A stretch of DNA of 16,171 bases from IMG/VR virus record IMGVR_UViG_2778261694_000005, positions 1 through 16,171 of that record; one strand, given 5' to 3'. Of this stretch, positions 1 to 6,045 are shown piece after piece. The notes under the pieces were generated by a model. The model ran no database searches, was not told the DNA's origin, and saw only the letters and a list, made by a program, of their open reading frames with translations. Source of the stretch: a virus (Duplodnaviria > Heunggongvirae > Uroviricota > Caudoviricetes). Position 1 is the stretch's first letter. Every line of letters begins with the position of its first letter. A program made the translations under genes and the position numbers.

Positions 1-201
1 TTACCCATTGGCGCGGCTTAAGAGCTTATTTTTGAATTCACAATGGTCACGATATAACCATCTTGCTCGCCCGTGGATAACTTTGGCTTTTGGCAGGTCG
101 CCGGACTTAATCCGGTCATAGATGAAGGTTTTACCGAAGCCAGTATCGGCCATGATGAATTTCAAATCAACCAGTGAATCAGGTTGTAGTTCGTGTTGCA
201 T
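1..201 (-). CDS. xis: Excisionase / AlpA-family small DNA-binding protein (66 aa)
   Basis: Complete ORF with GGAG RBS about 9 nt upstream of the ATG at 201. Small basic protein with an HTH-like core (DTGFGKTFIYDRIKSGDLP) typical of excisionase/AlpA proteins. Sits at the distal end of the leftward operon, where xis precedes int in lambdoid phages. Confidence 0.6.
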   Translation of the reverse strand: MQHELQPDSLVDLKFIMADTGFGKTFIYDRIKSGDLPKAKVIHGRARWLYRDHCEFKNKLLSRANG

Positions 202-244
202 GAGTGCTATCTCCGAATAGGGAATCGAACCTGCAAATCAGGCA

Positions 245-266
245 AGAAAAAACCGCCATCAGGCGG
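245..266 (-). terminator. Intrinsic terminator (leftward)
   Basis: Minus-strand reading: stem CCGCC / loop / GGCGG (253-266) followed by TTTTTTCT (plus-strand A-tract 245-252). Overlaps the stop codon of the 259-426 ORF. Confidence 0.5.
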
Positions 267-426
267 CTTGGTGTTCTTTCAGTTCTTCAATTCGAATATT
301 GGTTACGTCTGCATGTGCTATCTGCGCCCATATCATCCAGTGGTCATAGCAGTCGTTGATGTTCTCTGCTTCGATAACTCTGTTGAATGGTTCTCCATTC
401 CATTCACCTGTGACTCGGAAGTGCAT
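259..426 (-). CDS. Small hypothetical phage protein (55 aa, MHFRVTGEWNGEPFNRVIEAENINDCYDHWMIWAQIAHADVTNIRIEELKEHQAA)
   Basis: ORF below the 60-aa cutoff of the supplied track. ATG at 426 is preceded by GGAG 7 nt upstream; stop TGA sits inside the terminator hairpin. Same orientation as the flanking operon. Confidence 0.5.
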   Translation of the reverse strand: MHFRVTGEWNGEPFNRVIEAENINDCYDHWMIWAQIAHADVTNIRIEELKEHQAA

Positions 427-465
427 TTATCATCTCCATAAAACAAAACCCGCAGTAGCGAGTTC

Positions 466-494
466 AGATAAAAGAAATCCCCGCGAGTGCGAGG
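466..494 (-). terminator. Candidate intrinsic terminator (leftward)
   Basis: Minus-strand hairpin CCUCGC-ACUC-GCGGGG (one G-U pair) followed by AUUUCUUUUAUC, just downstream of the 499-729 ORF. Confidence 0.4.
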
Positions 495-498
495 ATTG

Positions 499-729
499 TT
501 ATTCACCTTTGACGACAAGTTGCAGGTTAGCCACGGTTAACCTCCTGCGGCGGTTCTGGTAGAGGCATCCTTCTTTAACCAGATGCTCAAACTTGCTGTA
601 ATAACCGATACGGCTTAGTGTTTCTTTCCCTGCATTCTCGCCTTCTTTGAGAATTCCTCTTTCGCTAAGAATCAGATCGTGTTTTGTTCCGGTAATAACA
701 TATTTGCCTAGGTCTATGTTTAGCTTCAT
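499..729 (-). CDS. Hypothetical protein (76 aa)
   Basis: ORF with GGAG RBS about 9 nt upstream of the ATG at 729; co-oriented with the early-left operon. No recognisable motif. Confidence 0.5.
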   Translation of the reverse strand: MKLNIDLGKYVITGTKHDLILSERGILKEGENAGKETLSRIGYYSKFEHLVKEGCLYQNRRRRLTVANLQLVVKGE

Positions 730-745
730 TGTTAATTACTCCATG

Positions 746-1060
746 TTAATTTATTCGTATGCCTGCTCTTTCTTCATCGAGTTTTTTTAGCTTGTATCGC
801 ATAGCTCTTACTGAATAAATTGAGCGGCAGGTTGCAATTGCTATTTCTTCTGCGGAGAACTTACCGAAAAGTGATACTTCGGCTCTTGTCCATCGTCTTC
901 CACGAAGTCGGCTAACAATGTCAGCGCCAATCCTTGTTGCTTTCGCCATTACTGCTTTTTCAGTCCTTTCCAGTTTTTCAGCGATAACTTCAACTGGCAT
1001 TGTCGCCGCTACTTCGCGTAAGAAATCGACTTCCCATTTCTCCCATGGAGTCTTTTTCAT
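746..1060 (-). CDS. Hypothetical protein (104 aa)
   Basis: Co-oriented ORF tightly packed between neighbours. No recognisable catalytic motif; weak RBS, so the start is uncertain. Confidence 0.5.
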   Translation of the reverse strand: MKKTPWEKWEVDFLREVAATMPVEVIAEKLERTEKAVMAKATRIGADIVSRLRGRRWTRAEVSLFGKFSAEEIAIATCRSIYSVRAMRYKLKKLDEERAGIRIN

Positions 1061-1071
1061 AGGCGATACCG

Positions 1072-1554
1072 TTATTTGATAAGAAGTGAAGGTTTCCCAA
1101 CTTTGAGTTGAGCGCCGGGGATATTTATTCCTGCTTTTAGTTGGTGTTTGATTGCCAACTTGTCGGCTTTAATTGTCGTTTCAAACTCAACGTATTCAGG
1201 AGGAATGGCGCTTGAGTCGATGATTTCTACAGTTTCTGACGGTTTGCGGATTGTTACCTGGTGAATACCTGCTCGAATCTTTTTCTTGCCAACCATTTCA
1301 AGCGATGACGCTATATACGCCATAATGTTGTCAATCTTATTTTGAATTACTGCGGCTCGTTCATTTAGTGACTTTGCCTCTTCCTTGAGGCATTCAGCAT
1401 AACCAGATTCATTTTTAATAATGGCAAGAAGTTGCTCTATTTTATCGGTAAATTCTCCTTCCATGCCTTCTATTGTGTCAGCAATCATCTCTGGTTCTAA
1501 ATCTGAATCCATCAGCTTTGCGTATTCATTGGCAATTTCATACAGTTTGCTCAT
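1072..1554 (-). CDS. Gp157-like phage protein (160 aa), recombination-module associated
   Basis: Acidic helical protein immediately downstream of the recT/HNH genes with a 4-nt overlap with the HNH ORF. Resembles, from memory, the siphovirus Gp157 family that often accompanies phage single-strand annealing proteins; family assignment is tentative. Confidence 0.5.
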   Translation of the reverse strand: MSKLYEIANEYAKLMDSDLEPEMIADTIEGMEGEFTDKIEQLLAIIKNESGYAECLKEEAKSLNERAAVIQNKIDNIMAYIASSLEMVGKKKIRAGIHQVTIRKPSETVEIIDSSAIPPEYVEFETTIKADKLAIKHQLKAGINIPGAQLKVGKPSLLIK

Positions 1555-2018
1555 TTGCCATTCCTCTCAGTGGAGATCCCAGAAGAAACCTCAGCAACTA
1601 TCCTTGCCTCGCAGGCGTCGACAAAGCTACCAAACGACCCAAGATACTCATTCATGAATGTGGCTCTCCATTTTCCTCTTTGCTTGTGAAACCCAACTCC
1701 AGTAATGCCAGATGTGTTATTTTTCTGTTTTCTCTTGTTCAGAAGATTTATTTGCTGAGAGACGCACCTAAGGTTTTCTATTCGGTTATCACTCGGGTTT
1801 CCATTGATATGGTCTATTACCATCCCTTCTGGAATTTCACCGTGGTGAATTTCCCATACAACCCTATGCACGTATTCTCTTTTTCCGTTAATGCTTACAA
1901 TGCAATGGCCAGATTTTGTTTTTCCTCCTGCCTTATCACCAGCCCTCATCCATCGTGCTGGCTTAATCCGCCAAAAAAGCAATCCATCTTCATAACGAAA
2001 CAATTCAGACGCTTTCAT
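1551..2018 (-). CDS. HNH homing-type endonuclease (155 aa)
   Basis: Contains the HNH-3 type motif VIDHINGNPSDNRIENLR and a C-terminal NTSGITGVGFHKQRGKWRA segment (AP2-like DNA-binding region). Overlaps the recT stop by 14 nt. Confidence 0.75.
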   Translation of the reverse strand: MKASELFRYEDGLLFWRIKPARWMRAGDKAGGKTKSGHCIVSINGKREYVHRVVWEIHHGEIPEGMVIDHINGNPSDNRIENLRCVSQQINLLNKRKQKNNTSGITGVGFHKQRGKWRATFMNEYLGSFGSFVDACEARIVAEVSSGISTERNGK

Positions 2019-2913
2019 GCCGAATCTCTATTTTTTCTTTACATTCCATGTAGACTGCCTGGACGTTTTGTTGCAGCTTCATACCATGTGTGAGCCTGTA
2101 GGCATTAGCGAAGATGCGCTTAAGGTCATCCATGTTTTCAGCCTGAGCCATTTCATCACAAAGAAGTTGTGCTTTATCCGTTATTTCCTGCTGGCGTTTC
2201 CGTTCATCTTCGCGGATATCTTCCTCTGATTTGTGCGGCATAACTGGTTCAGTCCACACACCTTCTTCTTCGTTTAGTACGTGAATAGCACTATCAAGAC
2301 GTGATGCCTTAGGCCAATACTTGCTTGCACGCTTTACGACCGTCTTTCGCGCCATCTCATTCCAGTGATTTACCCATGGTCCTTTATCGCTGAAGGCCGC
2401 CTTGCTTGTTTTCCTTACAGCCTCAATTTCAGCCAGACTCATCTCTTCCGTTAGATAATCACCTGCTGGCGTCTTAACTGTGCAGTAAACGCCAACGATA
2501 TCACCACGATCACCGAAGGCGTTGTATTTATGGGTTGGTGCTTTATCAAGCCCGTTTGACTCATAGGTATCGTTAGCATGAACAAGTTTTGCCTGACCCC
2601 ATGAGATAACACCAGACTCCATTGCAATATGGAGCAATCCCATATAACTGATATCAAGGCACACCATGCCGTCGCGCGGAACCAGATAAGCCAGTTTGCT
2701 GGCCGGGTTTAAGGTGATGCCGATCGCCGCAACGTTGATGATAGCGTTCTGTGCGCTGGTCGGATTTGCCAGTGCCGTTTTAGCCAGGTAATCATTTTTC
2801 TGGAAATACTGAATTGCAAACTGGCTTTCCTTAGCCCATGTCACCGTCTGTTCAGTCAATGCTCCGCAGAATAACTGCTCTTGCTGTTTAACGAATTCAA
2901 CGATATTGCTCAT
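2005..2913 (-). CDS. recT: RecT-family single-strand annealing recombinase (302 aa)
   Basis: The segment GPWVNHWNEMARKTVVKRASKYWP matches the conserved RecT core (Rac RecT GPWVTHWEEMAKKTAIRRLFKYLP, from memory). GGAG RBS upstream; occupies the bet position of the PL operon. Confidence 0.85.
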   Translation of the reverse strand: MSNIVEFVKQQEQLFCGALTEQTVTWAKESQFAIQYFQKNDYLAKTALANPTSAQNAIINVAAIGITLNPASKLAYLVPRDGMVCLDISYMGLLHIAMESGVISWGQAKLVHANDTYESNGLDKAPTHKYNAFGDRGDIVGVYCTVKTPAGDYLTEEMSLAEIEAVRKTSKAAFSDKGPWVNHWNEMARKTVVKRASKYWPKASRLDSAIHVLNEEEGVWTEPVMPHKSEEDIREDERKRQQEITDKAQLLCDEMAQAENMDDLKRIFANAYRLTHGMKLQQNVQAVYMECKEKIEIRHESV

Positions 2914-3221
2914 GCAGCTTCTCCAAAAATGTGTCTGCGTTTGAATATTGCGAAGGCATATTCAGCCTTAACTCTTTCGGTTATTGCATCCCAGAACCAT
3001 TCAGCGGCTTTTTCCTGATAGTTACAGTCATCATCTTCCAGCCAGTCGATAGCGTCCTTAGTGTGTTCATCTGGTTTATATGAGCGAAGCATTTCGCTTA
3101 TTGGGTCGCAACGTTTGCAGAGGCGATCAACTTCACTGTTGATTCGTTCGTAATCTTCATCAGTAAAACTTGCGATTATTTGCGATATTTCACGCTTATC
3201 ATTCAGAGTCAGAATCATCAT
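2910..3221 (-). CDS. Hypothetical acidic protein (103 aa)
   Basis: ATGATG start with AGGAG RBS 5 nt upstream; 4-nt overlap with the recT start. No recognisable motif. Confidence 0.55.
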   Translation of the reverse strand: MMILTLNDKREISQIIASFTDEDYERINSEVDRLCKRCDPISEMLRSYKPDEHTKDAIDWLEDDDCNYQEKAAEWFWDAITERVKAEYAFAIFKRRHIFGEAA

Positions 3222-3302
3222 CTTTCTCCTGTTCTTTGTGCTGATTGAGCATTTCTTTCATCTGACGAATGAATTCTTCGTCTGACCAGTTATCTGTAAA
3301 AC

Positions 3303-3455
3303 TCATTTCCTGCGATACCACGGAAGGTTGATAGCTGATTTCATCGCTTTATTTGCTTCAAGCCACATTTTTGAATCACCAATAAATCGGGCTATTACTG
3401 CTTTGTTCTGTGCAGCACGAAGCATCTGGTGATTAATGGCTATTTCATTGCGCAT
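3303..3455 (-). CDS. kil: Kil-like small protein (50 aa), putative host division inhibitor
   Basis: Sub-threshold ORF with a strong GGAGG RBS 5-9 nt upstream of the ATG at 3455. Contains IARFIGDSKM, which resembles the lambda Kil core as I recall it. Lies directly downstream of the cIII-like gene, as in lambda. Confidence 0.5.
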   Translation of the reverse strand: MRNEIAINHQMLRAAQNKAVIARFIGDSKMWLEANKAMKSAINLPWYRRK

Positions 3456-3574
3456 AACGCCTCCAGTTGTTTCTTTGCTGCTCTGATTAATTGTTTAACT
3501 CGGCGTGATAATTCAGATTCGTGCGGGTAGAAAGCGGACATGACGCCGCTACCCGCGAGCTGAAAGTGCATCAT
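3440..3574 (-). CDS. cIII: CIII-like small protein (44 aa), putative FtsH inhibitor
   Basis: The track ORF 3440-3679 is a read-through extension; the supported start is the ATGATG at 3574, which has an AAGGAG RBS 6 nt upstream. The product (MMHFQLAGSGVMSAFYPHESELSRRVKQLIRAAKKQLEALCAMK) has the amphipathic ES-L-R--K-L pattern of the lambda CIII central helix. Confidence 0.55.
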   Translation of the reverse strand: MMHFQLAGSGVMSAFYPHESELSRRVKQLIRAAKKQLEALCAMK

Positions 3575-3638
3575 GGGTAACTCCTTATATTTGATTGCAT
3601 AACGAAAACGCCTCGAGTGAAGCGTTATTGGTATGCAT

Positions 3639-3664
3639 ATAAAAAAGCCCTCACACTGGAGGGC
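3639..3664 (-). terminator. Intrinsic terminator (leftward) within the PL operon
   Basis: GCCCTC-ACACTG-GAGGGC hairpin (3647-3664) followed on the minus strand by a U6 tract (plus-strand AAAAAA 3641-3646). Confidence 0.6.
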
Positions 3665-3782
3665 AAAGAAGATTTCCAATAATCAGAACAAGTCGGCTCC
3701 TGTTTAGTTACGAGCGACATTGCTCCGTGTATTCACTCGTTGGAATGAATACACAGTGCAGTGTTTATTCTGTTGTTTATGC

Positions 3783-3809
3783 CAAAAATAAAGGCCGACT
3801 ATGCGGCCT
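3783..3809 (-). terminator. Intrinsic terminator (leftward) at the end of the 207-aa gene
   Basis: AGGCCG-ACTATG-CGGCCT hairpin (3792-3809) followed on the minus strand by UUUAUUUUUG; overlaps the gene stop codon. Confidence 0.55.
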
Positions 3810-4422
3810 CGGAAGGAAGTCCAATCATCTTATTCAAATCTTCTACCCGTAAAGCAGGAAGTGCTGCACTTGCTTTATCTGCTTCTTTTGGTAGCAACTC
3901 TTTGCTTTCAGGCCAGACCTCAATAAGTCGCTTAACTGTTGTGACTGAGTTCAAAGCAGCCCATACATTTGATTCGATATCCTTTTTCCTGGCTTCAAGT
4001 TTTTGTTGCAATTCGCAGATTTCATCAAACCTTTTTGTTATTTTGTGTTCTGCGTCAAACATGCATTTATCTTTGTTGGGGGTAGGGAGAAATATATCTT
4101 CACCGTTGCCGTCTTTTCCGTATGAATGCCAGCCAACCCTTCTTCCAGATACAGTCAGATAAATCGAACTTGAACTGACATCGCGTGAGTAAAATGAACA
4201 TCCAAGCTTTTGAAGTTCCTCACTTGCAGCCATTAACTTTGATGCCAGCTGGTCCACTTCTTCGGTTTTCTTTTTCCCGCCAAACGCAATAACTCTGGCG
4301 TCAAGTGCAAGCTGGTTCTTTAACTTTGTTACTTCTTCAAGTTCAGTGAAAACCCCAGACTTAATTAAAGCGTTACGAGCGATTTCCTCTTTCATTCTCG
4401 TAGTTAAGCGGATTGATGACAT
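3799..4422 (-). CDS. Hypothetical protein (207 aa from the RBS-supported start; track ORF extends to 4482)
   Basis: Long ORF immediately downstream of the N-like gene. The internal ATG at 4422 has a GAGG RBS about 9 nt upstream, whereas the ATG at 4482 lies inside N. Predicted helical/coiled-coil and charged; no motif recognised. Confidence 0.65.
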   Translation of the reverse strand: MSSIRLTTRMKEEIARNALIKSGVFTELEEVTKLKNQLALDARVIAFGGKKKTEEVDQLASKLMAASEELQKLGCSFYSRDVSSSSIYLTVSGRRVGWHSYGKDGNGEDIFLPTPNKDKCMFDAEHKITKRFDEICELQQKLEARKKDIESNVWAALNSVTTVKRLIEVWPESKELLPKEADKASAALPALRVEDLNKMIGLPSEAA

Positions 4423-4483
4423 ATTAATTCCTCTCAAATAAGTGGTTTGCTGCCTAATTTCATTTTCTGGCGACCAACACAAG

Positions 4484-4867
4484 TCACCTCGCCGTCAGTT
4501 GTTTTGATTTCCGGTAGCCTGCCGCGTAAATGGCTACGTTTGGAAGACATACACCAGTTTCTGGTTGCTTATGTCCAAACTCATTCGCGTACACAATGGC
4601 CGCTCGCTCCAGATTGCGTCTGTATTCTTTCTGTTGCCAGATCACGTCCTGTGCCATGAACTTAATTGGCTTAGCGTCTTCTATGCGCTCAGGCGTTTCG
4701 TGAGTACCTTTAGCCTGAATCTGCGCTCTGCTTAGAGTAGGGCGGTGTAATACTTCTGAACTTATTGCTTCTTCGCGGGCCAGTACGCCGTTAGCTAATG
4801 CCTTTGCCTTTAAACGCTCACGACGACGAGAACGTGAATTGCCTTTGAACTGAGTTCTGCGTGTCAT
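4484..4867 (-). CDS. N: N-like transcription antiterminator (127 aa)
   Basis: First gene after the about 240-nt leader leftward of OL/PL, with a strong AGGAGG RBS. The N-terminus carries an arginine-rich motif (RSRRRERLKAKALANG) like the lambda/P22 N ARM, and boxB-type hairpins occur at both nut positions. Confidence 0.7.
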   Translation of the reverse strand: MTRRTQFKGNSRSRRRERLKAKALANGVLAREEAISSEVLHRPTLSRAQIQAKGTHETPERIEDAKPIKFMAQDVIWQQKEYRRNLERAAIVYANEFGHKQPETGVCLPNVAIYAAGYRKSKQLTAR

Positions 4868-5032
4868 ATAGACCTCCTGATGAACTTTGGTGGTGTGGTA
4901 GGTGGGAGACCCATTTCGACCTGTTTCGGCCTACTTCAATTCGGCAATAGTCCCGCAGGCCTCGCCGCTTTACGTGCGGCATATTCCCGTCCATGAACCC
5001 TTCACCACACCCCAAAGTTCACTTTGGTTATT

Positions 5033-5047
5033 GCGCTTTGTCAGCGC
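5033..5047 (-). promoter_or_regulatory. nutL boxB RNA hairpin (GCGCUGACAAAGCGC)
   Basis: Minus-strand sequence GCGCTGACAAAGCGC: 5-bp stem with a GACAA pentaloop, in the PL leader upstream of N. I recall this as the P22-type boxB. No canonical boxA was found beside it. Confidence 0.6.
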
Positions 5048-5109
5048 CGTAGATTCATATTCGAATCGTTGTATATTCACCGCCCTGGTGAGTAGTGCGT
5101 CCTGCTGAT

Positions 5110-5200
5110 GGGTAAACTTTATCGGAATGATAAATTAATGGCAATAGCAAAATGATAAATTCTTTTGATTTTCAAATATCGTATTGATTCTTATGGTGTT
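5110..5200 (-). promoter_or_regulatory. Putative OL/PL operator-promoter region
   Basis: AT-rich region with repeated TGATAAATT motifs (5128-5136, 5153-5161) and an inverted half-site TTTATC (5118-5123). The same TGATAAA motif recurs in the cI-cro intergenic region. Exact -35/-10 elements could not be assigned. Confidence 0.45.
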
Positions 5201-5340
5201 TTATTTTGTTGTAGGAATTCGACAGGATAAATAAAGAGATTTGAGGGAGATCTGGATTGCGTGGTTTAGCAAGTTGTATCAATCAGTTTTTCAATAAATA
5301 CAATGAGTTATGTTTTTTTAGGTGGGGGGATCGTGAGGCA

Positions 5341-5365
5341 AAGAAAACCCGGCGCTGAGGCCGGG
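5341..5365 (-). terminator. Intrinsic terminator (leftward) closing the cI-proximal accessory locus
   Basis: Minus-strand CCCGGC-CUCAGC-GCCGGG hairpin followed by UUUUCUU, immediately after the 33-codon ORF and upstream of OL/PL. Confidence 0.6.
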
Positions 5366-5376
5366 TTATGTAGGCA

Positions 5377-5478
5377 TTATGCGGCTTTTTTGGTGTGTGC
5401 TGACGAGCGAGCCAGAATCTCGTTAATGAGAGATCTCAGGGTCATTGCATCTTTGTGCAGAGTGGACATGGTTTTCAT
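5377..5478 (-). CDS. Candidate small protein (33 aa, MKTMSTLHKDAMTLRSLINEILARSSAHTKKAA)
   Basis: Sub-threshold ORF with a GAGG RBS 7 nt upstream of the ATG at 5478, followed within 12 nt by an intrinsic terminator. Could instead be non-coding RNA or a chance ORF. Confidence 0.35.
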   Translation of the reverse strand: MKTMSTLHKDAMTLRSLINEILARSSAHTKKAA

Positions 5479-5547
5479 TGCGTTTCCTCGGTTTATTTTA
5501 TGGTACTAGCCTAGTTCAAATAGACTATATGAAATCTTGATTTACTA

Positions 5548-5928
5548 TTAAGGCCATTGGGTTGGTGGAAGATCGTGGGTTTTTATCTGCGTATTTGCTT
5601 CCACACATTTATCATAGTCTAATTTCTCTACAGCAAGCAATAGTGATTCAGCATACATCAATCCTTGTTTGATGTTCATAACATTTATGCTTGCACTTGC
5701 GGCATCCATATCCTTTGCTGTCTCTACCATGTGCTCAAAGCTTTGAGCAATAGAGTCAACACCGTTTTTCATCCTTGTAAACACTAATTTTAGCTCATCA
5801 AGGCTTGGATTCGTTAGATCATACATCCCATGCATTCCATGGGCTTCGAATAACTCTGACAACGATCTAAGGGCGAAGTTCACAGAATCAATAACTTGGT
5901 CGTACTTTTTCTTATCAAGATCATTCAT
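5548..5928 (-). CDS. Hypothetical protein (126 aa) in the rexAB-equivalent position, candidate lysogen-expressed accessory factor
   Basis: Clean ORF co-oriented with and immediately downstream of cI, between cI and OL/PL. Visibly AT-rich and AAA/AAT-rich codon usage compared with flanking phage genes. No transmembrane segment or known motif recognised. Confidence 0.7.
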   Translation of the reverse strand: MNDLDKKKYDQVIDSVNFALRSLSELFEAHGMHGMYDLTNPSLDELKLVFTRMKNGVDSIAQSFEHMVETAKDMDAASASINVMNIKQGLMYAESLLLAVEKLDYDKCVEANTQIKTHDLPPTQWP

Positions 5929-6045
5929 TAAAAATATAACCTTTTAACTATTTGATATTGCTGCATTTATATCAATATATGTATTTCACATATATCACCC
6001 AAACGTCTCTTCAGGTCACTGGCTATCAGCTATGTGACGATAAAG

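Noticed and set aside
193-518. Track ORFs 193-441 (+) and 333-518 (-)
   Set aside because: Both overlap the better-supported 55-aa minus-strand ORF (259-426) and the terminators; neither has an RBS, and the translations look like frame artefacts.
1421-2093. Plus-strand track ORFs 1421-1657 and 1473-2093 (78 and 206 aa)
   Set aside because: They lie antisense to the well-supported Gp157-like, HNH and recT genes, lack an RBS, and have low-complexity Ser/Leu/Pro-rich translations typical of antisense frames.
3199-3306. 35-codon minus-strand ORF (MSFTDNWSDEEFIRQMKEMLNQHKEQEKDDDSDSE) overlapping the Kil-like stop and the start of the 103-aa gene
   Set aside because: Its AGGA is only 1-2 nt from the ATG and it overlaps the next gene in another frame. 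Possibly translationally coupled, but too weak to call.
3440-3679. 79-aa track ORF taken at full length
   Set aside because: Its first 35 codons read through a terminator hairpin and non-coding DNA; the RBS-supported start at 3574 gives the 44-aa cIII-like protein instead.
3761-4659. Plus-strand ORFs 3761-4162 and 4447-4659
   Set aside because: Antisense to the 207-aa and N-like genes; no RBS; Ser/Leu-rich artefactual translations.
4818-5108. ORFs 4818-5015 (-) and 4902-5108 (+) in the PL leader
   Set aside because: They fall in the nutL leader that contains the boxB hairpin; no RBS. This region is better explained as structured non-coding leader.
5048-5110. Canonical boxA (CGCTCTTTA-like) upstream of the nutL boxB
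   Set aside because: I searched the leader for the reverse complement of a boxA-like sequence and found none, so only boxB is reported for nutL.
5303-5509. Plus-strand 68-aa ORF overlapping the 33-codon minus ORF
   Set aside because: No Shine-Dalgarno sequence, and it is antisense to the locus orientation and runs across the minus-strand terminator; the minus-strand ORF with a GAGG RBS is more plausible.
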